The notes beneath the pieces are model-generated. The model had not been told where the DNA came from and ran no database searches. It was given only the letters and a program-made list of their open reading frames with translations. From contig OY969763.1 of assembly GCA_963702845.1 (NCBI GenBank), forward strand, positions 1,536,001 to 1,600,000: a DNA stretch of 64,000 nt. The letters run 5' to 3'. Each line of letters starts with the position of its first letter. Positions within the stretch are counted from its first letter, which is position 1. The position numbers were made by a program, and so were the translations under genes. Shown in pieces: positions 1 to 10,321 of this stretch. This DNA comes from an uncultured Verrucomicrobiae bacterium. GTDB lineage: Bacteria; Verrucomicrobiota; Verrucomicrobiia; Limisphaerales; Palsa-1400.

Positions 1-655
1 CGAGACAATGTTCAAACCCGGCGGCAATGGCAACGACGTTGGTCGCAGAAGACGGCACTACGCTTTGCGAACCCCACGCAATAATGCTGCGGTCGGAACG
101 CAGCGCGAGATTATGATAGTAACCGGATGCGATCGCGATGACGTCGGTCAAATTGGTCGGAACATTCGCTTGCCCATAACCATTGTTACCCCAGGCAACA
201 ACCGTTCCGTCAGACCGCAAGGCAACGCTGTGCGCTGCGCCAGCGGACACGGCGACAACATTCAACACCGCAGCAGGTACATTGGTCTGTCCATCCGCGT
301 TAAGCCCCCAGGCGACGACAGAGCCATCATTCAGTAAAGCAAGACTGTGGTCGCGGCCGGCGGCAATGGCCTTAGCATTGGTGGCGCCTGGCGGCACATT
401 GGTTTGGCCGTTCCTATTTTTGCCCCAGGCGATGACAGAGCCATCCTGCTGGAGAACTACGCTGTGAAAACCGCCCGCAGCAACCGCAATTGGATTAGCA
501 ATGCCAGGGACGACGTCGCACTGCTTGTTAAAATTGTCGCCCCAGGCAATGACATCCTGAGAGTAACCTGAATGGCTGGATAAAAGCAAAATAGCCAACG
601 CCATTTTTCCATAAGCTCCGCCCATTTTTGGTTTGGCGCTTGTTCTCATCGCCAT
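1..655 (-). CDS. Secreted RCC1/BLIP-II repeat protein, 3' end runs off the window
   Basis: Manual minus-strand translation from ATG 655: [41 protein letters not shown]..., then repeats of AIAAG..HSLAL..DGSVVAWG.N..GQTNVP. The ATG overlaps the upstream TGA (TGATG). Not in the ORF track because it is truncated. Confidence 0.85.
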   Translation of the reverse strand, partial: MAMRTSAKPKMGGAYGKMALAILLLSSHSGYSQDVIAWGDNFNKQCDVVPGIANPIAVAAGGFHSVVLQQDGSVIAWGKNRNGQTNVPPGATNAKAIAAGRDHSLALLNDGSVVAWGLNADGQTNVPAAVLNVVAVSAGAAHSVALRSDGTVVAWGNNGYGQANVPTNLTDVIAIASGYYHNLALRSDRSIIAWGSQSVVPSSATNVVAIAAGFEHCL

Positions 656-1479
656 CACGGATACGGCTGGCCCTGTGAGGTGCTGTCATCTTCAGACATG
701 CTATAGCGGTCGTACCAGTTTGTAGTCTTTATAAATTCGCTATGCCCATCGGCACAAACTACGTTCGCCCCTTCGAGACCGTGTGCAGCCAAAGGATTCG
801 GCGCATTTTCATGGTAGGGTGCGTGAAGTTCTAATGTATCCACAATAGTAAAAATATCGGACGGTCCGGAAATGGTTCCTCTAATTTTTAAATTGGCAGT
901 CGAGTTGTTTAGATGATTTTGCACGCTTGTCAGCGTCTTACGGGGAAAGTAACCGAGGTTGTAAGTATGCCAAAAACCATAAACTTCGTAGCTATGGCCG
1001 TTGGTGCTATACTTGTCTCTCGCCTTGGTTGTGAGATCGGTCAATGGTTTGAGAATTACGTTGTTATAAGCAATAGCTGATATTACGTCTCCTCGAACGT
1101 TATTCATTGTTGCCGGACAGACAAATGTTTGGAGCGTGGTAACATAAGCGTTCGAGTTTCCTTGAACCCCATGCAGCCAGTTTAAATCGTCATCGGCCAT
1201 TTGGGTCTGCGTTCCATTTCCATTCGTGCTGTTGCTTGCGAATGTTCCGGTCAGACTGCCCAAAGGACCTAGAAAAATGGATTTACCTTGAGCATGATCC
1301 GCCGCGAACATTTGCTGACCAAAGCCCATTTGCTTTAAATTATTCAGGCAGGCAAATTTCAGCGAATTTGATTTCGTCTTGGCCGCGGCCGGTAAGATCA
1401 GCACCACTAGAATCGCGATGCAGGCGATGACAACGAGCAGCTCAATCAGAGTAAACGCTTTAGTAAGTTTTGAGCGCAT
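655..1479 (-). CDS. Prepilin-type N-terminal cleavage/methylation protein with C-terminal H-X-DG motif (PVC-type)
   Basis: [29 protein letters not shown] and [14 protein letters not shown] motifs. Confidence 0.9.
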   Translation of the reverse strand: MRSKLTKAFTLIELLVVIACIAILVVLILPAAAKTKSNSLKFACLNNLKQMGFGQQMFAADHAQGKSIFLGPLGSLTGTFASNSTNGNGTQTQMADDDLNWLHGVQGNSNAYVTTLQTFVCPATMNNVRGDVISAIAYNNVILKPLTDLTTKARDKYSTNGHSYEVYGFWHTYNLGYFPRKTLTSVQNHLNNSTANLKIRGTISGPSDIFTIVDTLELHAPYHENAPNPLAAHGLEGANVVCADGHSEFIKTTNWYDRYSMSEDDSTSQGQPYP

Positions 1480-1669
1480 GATTACTCTGACTGAATATTT
1501 TATTCCGCCGCAGGCGTCGAGGTTTAATAATAATCGTGAGCCTTGTCACGATCCTAATTCTGCCGAATGACGGTTGGTGAAATTTCGCTTAAATCTCAGC
1601 CGAGCGCGGCAATTTTCTCGCGACCTCGCATCGTTGGCCCAGCGACAGCCGGTGTGGGAACAGTCGCCT

Positions 1670-1840
1670 GCGCCAATTCCGCCGGAGCGTCTGACGTGAT
1701 CCAGCGGATCGCTTTCCATGAACCCATTTCCAATCGGGAATCGGCGCCGTATTCGGTTTTCAAGTGGAACTGCACCACGTCAAATTGCAACGGGCCGACT
1801 GCGGCGAGCAACGGGACCCGTTGCGCCGATACGCATCCTT
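1670..1840 (-). pseudogene. prfC: Fragment of peptide chain release factor 3 (C-terminal domain)
   Basis: LLAAVGPLQFDVVQFHLKTEYGADSRLEMGSWKAIRW resembles the RF3 C-terminal GAVG.LQFEVV..RL..EYG motif; no GTPase domain present. Confidence 0.7.
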
Positions 1841-2206
1841 GAAGCCATCGGCGAAGGGCGCTGTTTCGCGCTTTCCACTACGCCGGACGGCCGTACGACT
1901 TCGATTTCGACTTTTCAACCGACGCGAAATTGGTCTGCACCGAACTGGTCTAAAAATCCTACGAACCATCGACGGGCTGCACCGGCCTCAAATTCCCGCT
2001 GGTCGAAATGCTCGGTCGGCAGGTCACTCCCGCCAACGAATTGGCCAGACAGTTCGACGCTCAATTTGGAACCGGTGGATCAGCAGTTTGATGTCGTGGC
2101 GTTTCTGGATGGGAACGAAAAGCAGAAAAAAGCGGTTTTGGCGTCGGTGGACGAATTTCGACAGACCTGGAAACGGCCCAAATGGCACGTTTTTGTGCAG
2201 AAATAG
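1835..2206 (+). pseudogene. 3' fragment of a permuted NlpC/P60 (YiiX/YebB-like) gene with an internal stop and a frameshift
   Basis: AFHYAGRPYDFDFDFSTDAKLVCTELV*KSYEP...; TAA near 1951; frame change near 2080 into QQFDVVAFLDGNEK...RPKWHVFVQK*. Confidence 0.7.
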
Positions 2207-2214
2207 CCCAAAAT

Positions 2215-3093
2215 TCATAGTCCAGCGTAAACGAGCCTGATAAAGAACGCTGGATTGATCACAAATTGTCCCCATTTTTCATCCAAGGCGGCTGAAGGTT
2301 TCGCGGCAATCACTTCGTCCAGCGACTTGCCCTGTCGTTTCAGCGCAGCGACGTTGTCTCGCGCCGTAACTAGCATGTTGCGAAACTCAATCAGCTGTGA
2401 ACGCGTTCCTACGGGACCATGGCCGGGAACCACAATGGTTTTGTCAGTGGTACGTTCGATTGCCTTGTCGGCCCATTTGATTGCGTCATTGATGTTGCCG
2501 CCATCTTGATTATCAATAAATGGGTAGTTGCCATTCCAGAACGTATCCCCGAGCGCCAATAAATCCGCCTTTTCAAAATAGACTGACAGGTCTCCATCTG
2601 TATGGCCGGGACCATAATGGTTTACCTGAATCGTGTCCCCTGCAAAGATGAATGTCGTGCTGTCATCTACGAGTATTGTGGGGCGCGCACCAGCCGGTAG
2701 CCGGGGCATGGTCCAGTTCCAATCGTCGACGTGAGTATCCTGCGACAAGTATTTCAGTGTGTTCGGGTGCGCAATAATGGTTGCCCCCGAGTCATGCAGC
2801 CATCCATTTCCATCAGTATGGTCCCAGTGCCAATGCGTGTTCACTACATATGTCACGGGTGTAGGGCCGATCTCATTGAGCGCGGCTCTCACTTTAGCTT
2901 CCGATGCGCTGATTCCAGCATCAACCAAAAACCTCCCATGATCGCCTGACAGGACGACGATATTGGCACCCGATCCCATCAACACGCTGACATTTCCACG
3001 CAATGTTTGCGTAACGATGTCTCCTTCTGCTCTGCGTAAATAGTGGGCTCCAGCGCCGGTGCTGAAGTAATCCTGCTTTGGTTCGGTATTCAT
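2215..3093 (-). CDS. MBL-fold metallo-hydrolase (cyclase/glyoxalase II-like)
   Basis: NTHWHWDHTDGN, GHTDGD, GD and VPGHG metal-binding motifs. Confidence 0.9.
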   Translation of the reverse strand: MNTEPKQDYFSTGAGAHYLRRAEGDIVTQTLRGNVSVLMGSGANIVVLSGDHGRFLVDAGISASEAKVRAALNEIGPTPVTYVVNTHWHWDHTDGNGWLHDSGATIIAHPNTLKYLSQDTHVDDWNWTMPRLPAGARPTILVDDSTTFIFAGDTIQVNHYGPGHTDGDLSVYFEKADLLALGDTFWNGNYPFIDNQDGGNINDAIKWADKAIERTTDKTIVVPGHGPVGTRSQLIEFRNMLVTARDNVAALKRQGKSLDEVIAAKPSAALDEKWGQFVINPAFFIRLVYAGL

Positions 3094-3302
3094 CTCAATT
3101 CCTCTTTTCTAAGTTCCGCTTACTGTCTCAGCTTAGCAGGAGTAATCACTCGATGCCACGACATGGATGCGCCAATTTCGGACATCGCTGACCGATAGGA
3201 ATTTGCTTTTTTGTACGCCGCCGCGGTGGAGGATTTCCCTTAGTGCGTTTACGTAATGATGAATAAAATATTTCTTAAGGGACGGCTCGTTTTAAACGAA
3301 AT

Positions 3303-3346
3303 CAAAAGAAACTCGCCGCCGATGTGGATTCACACCGGCGGCGAGC
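3303..3346 (-). terminator. Rho-independent terminator of the Q-rich lipoprotein gene
   Basis: Minus strand CTCGCCGCCGGTGTG-AATC-CACATCGGCGGCGAG followed by TTTCTTTT. Confidence 0.75.
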
Positions 3347-3365
3347 ACAATCTCACTAGATCAGC

Positions 3366-4100
3366 CTATGGATTGGAAGGCTCGGTAGAGGGCGAACTCG
3401 AAGCATCCGAATCGCTCGATGGTGAGGTCGAAGCGCCGGAACTACTCGGCGACGTGCTTGTTCCTGTTGGCTTGGCTGATTGAGTTGACGTGCTTGATTG
3501 CGGGGTCGTCGTGTTTGAACTGCTGGGTGGCGTTGTCTTCTGCTGATAAAGCTGTTGCTGTTGCTGATTCAACTCCTGTTGTTGCCTGCTCAAAGCCTGC
3601 TGTTGCCTAATCAGTGCCTGTTGTTGCTTATTCAGTTGCTGTACCCTGATCAGTTCCTGCTCTTGTTGCTTATTCATTTCTTGTTGCGTAATCAGGTCGC
3701 GCTCTTGTTGAGTCAATTGCTGCTGTTGATTGTTGAACTGCTGCTGTAGCTGGTCGAGCTGCTGCTGTTGCTGATTCAATGTCTGCGCCGGTTGATGGTA
3801 TGCCACAGTGCCAGACTGATATCGCGTCTGTGATTGATTACTCTGCTGAGGTTGAATGCTCTGCTGAGGTTGCTGAGATTGCGTAGTGCCGCTGGGCTGA
3901 ACCCAGGTCGCACCAGAAGATTCTTGAATCGTTTGGCGGTTGCGATACCCCGGTAACCAACCGTTGGCCTCGCTTGCAGGCGAATAGGTCGTTTTCGATG
4001 TGGTCTGATCCTGCTGGCGCGACGACCAGCAACCTGACAACAGCAACAATGTAGCGGTTCCGCAGAGAACCGTCCCGGTATGTTTGTAAATTTTGTTCAT
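3366..4100 (-). CDS. Glutamine-rich coiled-coil lipoprotein, function unknown
   Basis: Lipobox LLLSGC, central Q-rich heptads, S/T/P-rich tail, downstream terminator. Confidence 0.75.
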   Translation of the reverse strand: MNKIYKHTGTVLCGTATLLLLSGCWSSRQQDQTTSKTTYSPASEANGWLPGYRNRQTIQESSGATWVQPSGTTQSQQPQQSIQPQQSNQSQTRYQSGTVAYHQPAQTLNQQQQQLDQLQQQFNNQQQQLTQQERDLITQQEMNKQQEQELIRVQQLNKQQQALIRQQQALSRQQQELNQQQQQLYQQKTTPPSSSNTTTPQSSTSTQSAKPTGTSTSPSSSGASTSPSSDSDASSSPSTEPSNP

Positions 4101-4270
4101 TGGTTTATCTCCGGGAACGACTTTCTAAAAAATCTCGGTTTTGCGCAATCAGACAAAGAACCGGTTGCGGCATCAGTGGCCGTCGTAACGGCTCTAGGGG
4201 AACGGGAGGTCAGGGATTCTGGCAAAAATTCATTTCTTCATCCCTCACTTCCGGCCAAAATACTTTGCCC

Positions 4271-4485
4271 ATGGCGCAAAAACGAACGAACTACTCCGCA
4301 TTCATCTGCATCGCGCTGGTTCTCGCCGTCTTTTTTGTGTTCTGACAAGTGCTCGCGCGCGACTTGGTCAATTGCGACGACCTCGGCTACATCACCAATA
4401 ATCAAAACATTCATCATGGACTCACGCTCGAGAGCGTGAAATGGACGTTCACAACTGGTCCCTCGATCAACTGGCAACTGATAGG
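4271..4485 (+). pseudogene. N-terminal relic of a TMTC-like glycosyltransferase/TPR gene (paralog of 47051..49219)
   Basis: MAQKRTNYSAFICIALVLAVFFVF*QVLARDLVNCDDLGYITNNQNIHHGLTLESVKWTFTTG..NWQL aligns by eye with DFINLDDFDYVKYNVHLAQGFTWANLKWAFTPGYASNWHPL. Confidence 0.7.
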
Positions 4486-4765
4486 AATCTGCTTTTTGTA
4501 CAGCTGGCGCGGTAGAGGCTGAGGTCGGTGGGGACACAGACGAGATCGTTGGCGCGCAACAGTCGCAGCGGTTGTCGCCGAAGGCCACCCGCGGCGTTTT
4601 TTCGCCGGCGTGCGTCGTCATTGCGGTGGCAAGGATCAGCAGGGCAAGGCGACGATTTTAAATATGCAGATGGATTCTTCGGATGTGTGAGTGAATAGGA
4701 TATCAGGAACAAATTCCTTCTTCATCGCTACCACCCGTTGATTGTGCAGAAACGCTTCATGCTCA

Positions 4766-5854
4766 TTACATCCACGCCGAGATTCGGCGACAGGCAAAAC
4801 GTAACAGCGGATTGCGGAAATAGATCATGGCCGGAGGCAGCAACTGCGGCCTCCCTCCAAATCCCATTTTGAAGGAATCGTAATGATGTTGCTGCGCTTC
4901 GGTCAGCGGTTTACCTGCTAGCAAAGCTTCGGCTAACGGCCGCGCCACCCCGGCAAAATCAAAGTAAGTGCAACCGAGCTCATACGCTTTCTGCATCGAG
5001 TGATGGGTTAAGATGACATTCGGTTCTTGTTTGGCGTGCTGACCGTTCCACCCTTTTTTCCACGTCGTGAAACGTTTGCCGAATTTTAAATCAAGCGTCG
5101 CCGCAACCATTTCCCCCTGGCAAACGGCGAAGGCAAGTCGGGATTCGCCGTGCTTGCCGAACGCTTGTACCAGTTCCGTCAACGCTTCAAGGGTGGGAGG
5201 ATTGGGATGCACGCCTTGCCGCTGGCAGGAAGACACCATCAAGTCAAAAAAAACGGGAAGGTCCGCGTCGCTGCCCTCGTGGATTTTAACGCCCAGGCGC
5301 TGGGCTTTGCGGATGTCGCCGCGGCGGCTTCCTCTTAACCTTGCTTCCCACGCCCCCGGCGGGCCGGAAAGATCAACCCACAACGTAGCGTCGATGACAT
5401 TCAACATACGGTTGCGGGCAAACCCGCGGTTTTGCAGTGCGTCCACCAGTGCAGGGCTGTGATCCGGCGGTTGAGCGACGATTGCAATGAGTCGATGTGA
5501 TCGGGTTAGCCCGATCAAAACATCCAAAGCGAAAGATTCTAGTTCCACGACAGCTGGGGACAGAGCTGGACCTTTGCTTACATATCCAACTCTCCCGAGA
5601 CGGGTCGATTTCCAAAGCATTTGAAAGCCGCCCACAATTCCTCCTTCCTGCTCCAGCGTCACACGCAAGCATTGCCAGCCCTGGCTCTGTTTGGACTGCG
5701 ACCAGGCGCTTGATTGCTGAAACTGTCCGACGGAATCACTCCGGAGAAAATCATCCCAGGCATCGTTCTCAAATGCCGTGGAAAGCGAAGCATTGACCGT
5801 CCGGCCTTGAATCACGCGGGAAGCGAGAAGTGATGGATGCTGTGGCGAAGTCAT
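4766..5854 (-). CDS. FemAB/FemX-like GNAT peptidyl/acyltransferase
   Basis: WDDFL..QFQQSSAW, GYVSKGP, RGDIRKAQRLGV, YFDFAG and FKMGFGG motifs. Start placed at ATG 5854, overlapping the upstream stop (ATGA); the ORF track starts at 5920. Confidence 0.8.
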   Translation of the reverse strand: MTSPQHPSLLASRVIQGRTVNASLSTAFENDAWDDFLRSDSVGQFQQSSAWSQSKQSQGWQCLRVTLEQEGGIVGGFQMLWKSTRLGRVGYVSKGPALSPAVVELESFALDVLIGLTRSHRLIAIVAQPPDHSPALVDALQNRGFARNRMLNVIDATLWVDLSGPPGAWEARLRGSRRGDIRKAQRLGVKIHEGSDADLPVFFDLMVSSCQRQGVHPNPPTLEALTELVQAFGKHGESRLAFAVCQGEMVAATLDLKFGKRFTTWKKGWNGQHAKQEPNVILTHHSMQKAYELGCTYFDFAGVARPLAEALLAGKPLTEAQQHHYDSFKMGFGGRPQLLPPAMIYFRNPLLRFACRRISAWM

Positions 5855-6726
5855 GTCCCGGGGCCAGCCGTTCCGTGAAGAATCGCGTATTGCCGATTCA
5901 GACAATATTTGAGAACCCAACTTATCACAGGGCTAAGCTGCAGTTTTGAAGGCTTGCGAACGAGTTTCGCACCACGCATCAAATAATAATTATCCATACC
6001 ATTTCCGTCCTGGTAGCGGCGGACAAAGATTTGTTCAATTCCCGGAGTTCGGCCGGCTGCCTCGCGCAAGGTGTGGAACATCAGCTCACCAGCCCCCTGT
6101 TGCATTGCTTTTGTTTGACTGAAGAAGGTTGCGTAGAGGAGCGTCGCGTCCACCAAATAGGAAATCGAAATCGACGTCAAACCACTGCAATCGTAAGCCC
6201 CGAGGATCAGCGTCTTCGGTTGTTGGAGCAGCGTGGCGGCCCATTGGCAAAAGACAGCCTTGCGTCGCCGAGCTGACATATATTGATAGCCGGTTCGGCT
6301 GTAAAATGACGAGTAAGCCGCAAAGCCCTGGTCCTGAAGTTCGCCGAGATTCCGGACCACTCGAATCTCCATTTTTTTCGCAGCGGCATTGATCAAGCGC
6401 CGTCGGTTGTGGCTTAATTGCCAAAGCGCATATCCCCGCAGATCATCCAGCATCAGAAAGCTCGTCGTGGAGTTGGCCTCGCGCTCATCGGCAACCACAT
6501 ATTGGAATCCGCTGCATAAAGCCCGCGGCAATTCCGTTTCTCCAGGAGCATAGGCCTCGTACGGAAGCAACGGACGGAAAAAATTCTTCCGCGACCGTGT
6601 CCAGTAAACGCGCCCCACCTTTTCAACCCTGTCCCCTAGGGCGGCTCGGGCGGCGGCGTACTCTTCCACCGTCATTTGTTCGGGCTGGATCACCGTGGGA
6701 GCAACTGCTGGAATTTGTGCGTTCAA
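5851..6726 (-). CDS. GNAT-like protein (FemAB-related)
   Basis: 291 aa ORF with LSHNRRRLINAA and GAGELMFHTL; coupled to the downstream FemAB-like gene. Confidence 0.6.
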   Translation of the reverse strand: MNAQIPAVAPTVIQPEQMTVEEYAAARAALGDRVEKVGRVYWTRSRKNFFRPLLPYEAYAPGETELPRALCSGFQYVVADEREANSTTSFLMLDDLRGYALWQLSHNRRRLINAAAKKMEIRVVRNLGELQDQGFAAYSSFYSRTGYQYMSARRRKAVFCQWAATLLQQPKTLILGAYDCSGLTSISISYLVDATLLYATFFSQTKAMQQGAGELMFHTLREAAGRTPGIEQIFVRRYQDGNGMDNYYLMRGAKLVRKPSKLQLSPVISWVLKYCLNRQYAILHGTAGPGT

Positions 6727-7176
6727 CGGAAGTTCGGTTTCTATCCAGACAGTTTGCCAAGGTCTGAAACGCCGTGTAAAGCAGCTGTGGTAATAAAGTT
6801 GAGTCCAATGAAGGCAATCTCATACCTCTTGCTATCGCGATGCGATACCAACCCGCGGATTCACGGCGGATGTTTCAGTGTTTGGGGCACACGTTCTAAA
6901 AAGCCCTTACATTTTCATCAAGCGGCTACATAGCGTTCAAAAGTCAAAAAAGGTCAACTAAAGGAAGTAAAAGGCAACAAAATCAGATTTTTTCAGTTTT
7001 AACAGTTTTCAAAATCCCTTCAGTTTGACCACATGGAGGGTGTTTGGTTTGGCGCGGTCATATAGCGAAGCGCGTCGGCGGCGTCATCGCCGCCAGCTCC
7101 TCGCATAAAATTCGAAACGAACTCAAAAGCTCAAATACAGATAAACCGCGAACTACGCGAAATATGCGAAAGGGTT

Positions 7177-7366
7177 TTTCATCGGCGCTGTGCGCGGTTG
7201 ATCGAGTGCCTGACGGCATTGCAGTACCGATCCGGCTCGGCCTGAGGATGTGGACAAAGTTGACGAAGAGGATGGAATCGGCGGAGACGACGCGGCGGAT
7301 GCGTTGAGGTATATGGTGGCGACGAAGTCGCGCGTAGTGGTTCAACGGAAGTTGAGGGGGTTGTGA
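7177..7366 (+). pseudogene. 3'-terminal relic of a phage terminase large subunit (nuclease domain end), copy 1
   Basis: FHRRCARLIECLTALQY/(frameshift)/DPARPEDVDKVDEEDGIGGDDAADALRYMVATKSRVVVQRKLRGL*; C..LI.. and DD..DALRY are TerL C-terminal motifs. Confidence 0.7.
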
Positions 7367-7408
7367 ACTGGCGCCCAACACTCCAACCTCAGCGCATGAT
7401 GATGCTCT

Positions 7409-8100
7409 TCATTCAAGGGGCCATCGAATCGGGTCAATGTCGCGCCGCTCAGCCCGCAGCTTGGCGATGATCTCATCGTAGTCGTGGTCCAGGACTACCG
7501 CCCTAACCTCTCCACGGACGGAGCGAACTGCCTCTAGGTTCTGCTCATAGAGTGTCGGATCGACGTAAAAGGTGCCGTCCCATCCGAGCGCAGACAAAAT
7601 ATCCCCGACTATGTAAATATCTTTCAGAGGATGTTGGCGTGCCTCGAGTGCGAGGCTCTGTTTTGGTATTCCGTGTGCAACGCCAGCAAGATACATGAGA
7701 GACTCGTAGTAGCGGTCGGTCGAGAAATCCAAGTAGATGCGATCCCGGAGCCATGCAGGAGGCGTCACTGATTCGAGCAAGAGAGGCAACACTACCTTGC
7801 TGCTTGTCTGCTTCTCCTTGGCGAACGCACTCGCCAATTCATCTTGGCACCATTCTGAATCCACAGACTTGGGCGAGAGCACAATTGCGACAAATTTTGA
7901 CGCATCCAGTCCGCGGCCAATTGAACGATGCAATGAATCGCCAACCTCTAGTTCCCATTCGTCAAACCAGACGTCGATTCCAAGACGCTGAGGTCGAGAA
8001 CAAGCTTGCGTGCGAATTCTTTGTCCTTGGAACTGTGACTCACGAATACATGAGGCTTCCGATCAGGATGACTCTCAAATGTTGGGCGTGCTACTGCCAT
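7409..8100 (-). CDS. TIR-domain protein (TIR_2-like) with a 1-nt frameshift near 7990
   Basis: ATG 8100 MAVARPTFESHPDRKPHVFVSHSSKDKEFARKLVLDL joins QRLGIDVWFDEWELEVGDSLHRSIGRGL...SEWCQDEL in another frame; the putative catalytic Glu is retained. Confidence 0.8.
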
Positions 8101-8279
8101 AGGGGGCCGAGCCGGACGGGCCGCTGGTCAGAGGGGGCGTGAGCTTCCCAAAAAAAGTTGACAAACCGGCGTTGCGGCGCTAATCGCACAAGGAAACTCT
8201 CCATCTTTAACGATTACTTATGGGGTTCGGTGGAAAGTTGTCATATATATATATAGCGCTAAAACGCACATCAACATTT

Positions 8280-9038
8280 ATGAATGATGGAATTACCTCA
8301 GGAGCTTGGACAGAGTTCCTCAACAAGATCAGAAAAGCAAAAAGCGCCTTAGGAAATCCAGATACGCTTTGGTATCGCGGTCATCCGAACTCTCAGTTTT
8401 ATCTGCTTGCCAATTTGCTCAGATATGAAAACGGGATCGAGAAGGAGCAGCAGCTATTCAATAGTTTTCAGAAGTTTGCTGACAGGATTTTGAAGCGTCG
8501 AGAGAGCGAATGGGAGACTCTTTTTGAGATGCAGCACTATGGCGTGCCAACTCGCTTGCTTGATTGGACGGAGACGTTTGGCATAGCGCTTTTCTTCGCC
8601 GCGACATATAACCAATCGCACCATCCCGACAAAGATGCGGCTGTTTACTTACTGAATCCTGTAGCTTTGAACAAAATTAGTGGAATCAACAAAGTTTATC
8701 GCGTGCCAAAAGATGAGGCCCGCTTCGGCTACACCAAAATCTATTGGCAGCAGGATCCATTCGCGGCCACCGCACCGATTGCCATCGAGCCTATTTTTAT
8801 TAATGATCGGATGTTGGCGCAGCGAGGTATGTTCACGGTTCATCACGACCAGATTGAGCCAATCGAAGAGCAATTCCCCAATGCCATCAAGAAGGTTATA
8901 CTGCCAAATAACGTCATCCCGGCAGCTCTAGAGTTTTTGGACCTTTCCAATATCACTCGGTATTCTGTGTTCCCAGATATTGCCGGCATCGCTGGCTATC
9001 TGAAGGGGACATCTGGGCTGGTTCCTCGATGGAAATGA
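8280..9038 (+). CDS. FRG-domain protein
   Basis: LWYRGH, MQHYGVPTRLLDWT, R.LAQRGMF, and C-terminal L...NIT..SVFPDIAG. The ORF track start at 8220 is also possible. Confidence 0.9.
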   Translation: MNDGITSGAWTEFLNKIRKAKSALGNPDTLWYRGHPNSQFYLLANLLRYENGIEKEQQLFNSFQKFADRILKRRESEWETLFEMQHYGVPTRLLDWTETFGIALFFAATYNQSHHPDKDAAVYLLNPVALNKISGINKVYRVPKDEARFGYTKIYWQQDPFAATAPIAIEPIFINDRMLAQRGMFTVHHDQIEPIEEQFPNAIKKVILPNNVIPAALEFLDLSNITRYSVFPDIAGIAGYLKGTSGLVPRWK

Positions 9039-9114
9039 CAAACGCTCATAATTGCGGCGTTCAAAGCGGAGTCCAGAGGTTGCAAATCTCTGGCGTTCCG
9101 CCTTGTGGCGCGAC

Positions 9115-9203
9115 AGGGGGATGGGGGGCGGCGGATGCGCTGCGGTGTTTGGTCGCGACGAAGCTGCGTGTCATCATGCAACGGAAGTTGAGGGGGGCTC
9201 TAA
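9115..9203 (+). pseudogene. 3'-terminal relic of terminase large subunit, copy 2
   Basis: AADALRCLVATKLRVIMQRKLRG(L*), an imperfect direct repeat of ~7283-7366. Confidence 0.65.
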
Positions 9204-9204
9204 G

Positions 9205-9385
9205 CGTTAGCACGCGGGGACTAGTGTCTATCTCTGCATCAACCAAACCGGCATCTTTCATCAGCGCAATCTGGTACGCCTCGCTGGGTGTTTGCGCCCA
9301 ATATCGCCCGTACCTCGCTGTCTTCAAAATCACGCGCCTCGGCCTTCTGAAGTATCTGCCGCACCAATTCCATGTCGCGTTTCAT
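9205..9385 (-). pseudogene. DUF2513-like (winged-helix) gene, frameshifted and truncated
   Basis: MKRDMELVRQILQKAE..., continuing in another frame as AYQIALMKDAGLVDA; cut off at the terminase relic. Confidence 0.65.
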
Positions 9386-9401
9386 CGTAGTGTCCTGTGA
9401 G

Positions 9402-10310
9402 TTAATGATTCTCGTTCTCCTGGTCAATTTCTGCCAAAAGTAGCTCAATCACGTAGCTCCCAAGTTCCGTAGTTGTGTATCTCTGCCGATTCTCCAACCA
9501 TACAACGTCATCCGATATCAGGAAGGTTGGCGTAAAATGAGATTGTCTCAGTATTTTGAAGGGGTCGCTCTTGGAGATGCTCAATGTGAGTACCGATGCG
9601 TCATTATAAATGCCTCCCAAGCCGTGGAGTTCAACGAGCAGCGTCAAGCCGTGTCTTGCTCGCAACAAAATTTGTAACAGAGAGCCTTGTCCATGAAACG
9701 TGAGCCGTAACGACGCATGGGATTTGGAGATTTCTTCGGCTGTGCGTTGTACGGAACGGGATAATTCTGCGAACGCAGCCTGCACAAGAGAGACTCCTGC
9801 TTCGCTTTGTGACAGTCGCTCGTTGTTTTCCTTTTCCCGTAGATTGGCATCGACTGTTTTCGCTCGTTCAAGGGCCTTCGAAGGTTGGCTAACGCTTATC
9901 TTGCGTTCGGCAACGTCAATTGCGCGCTGAATCTCGAGGACAACACGGTCGATGCCATCGTTGGCGTTGACGGCCAGCCGGCCCGCAAGAATTGGCGAGA
10001 ATTTTCGGACGCCATCGAAAGCAATGTTTTTCCACACCGGCAGGATTACTTTTCGATTGGTCTCTTCCAGGGCAAAAAATCCATCGAGCTCATTTTGCGG
10101 CCATTTTTTTTGAAAAAACGCCGGACTCAAAACTACGACGCCGTAGTCGCATGATCGCAAGCCCTCGTTGATCTTTCCAGAAAGGCTGTCGCCAATCGTC
10201 AGCACGTATTTGTCGAACCAGACTTCATATATTGTTCTTAGACGGGCCGCCAATGGAGCAACGAAGTCCTGATCTTCCCAAGCGTAGCTGACGAATATAC
10301 GCGTCTTCAT
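9402..10310 (-). CDS. TIR-domain protein with unknown C-terminal domain
   Basis: IFVSYAWEDQDFVAPLA, VWFDKYVLTIGDSL, GVVVLSPAFFQKKWPQNELDG, ILPVW. Confidence 0.9.
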   Translation of the reverse strand: MKTRIFVSYAWEDQDFVAPLAARLRTIYEVWFDKYVLTIGDSLSGKINEGLRSCDYGVVVLSPAFFQKKWPQNELDGFFALEETNRKVILPVWKNIAFDGVRKFSPILAGRLAVNANDGIDRVVLEIQRAIDVAERKISVSQPSKALERAKTVDANLREKENNERLSQSEAGVSLVQAAFAELSRSVQRTAEEISKSHASLRLTFHGQGSLLQILLRARHGLTLLVELHGLGGIYNDASVLTLSISKSDPFKILRQSHFTPTFLISDDVVWLENRQRYTTTELGSYVIELLLAEIDQENENH

Positions 10311-10321
10311 CCTGTCAAAGG

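Noticed and set aside
8..571. Plus-strand ORFs at the window start
   Set aside because: The real gene is the minus-strand RCC1-repeat frame.
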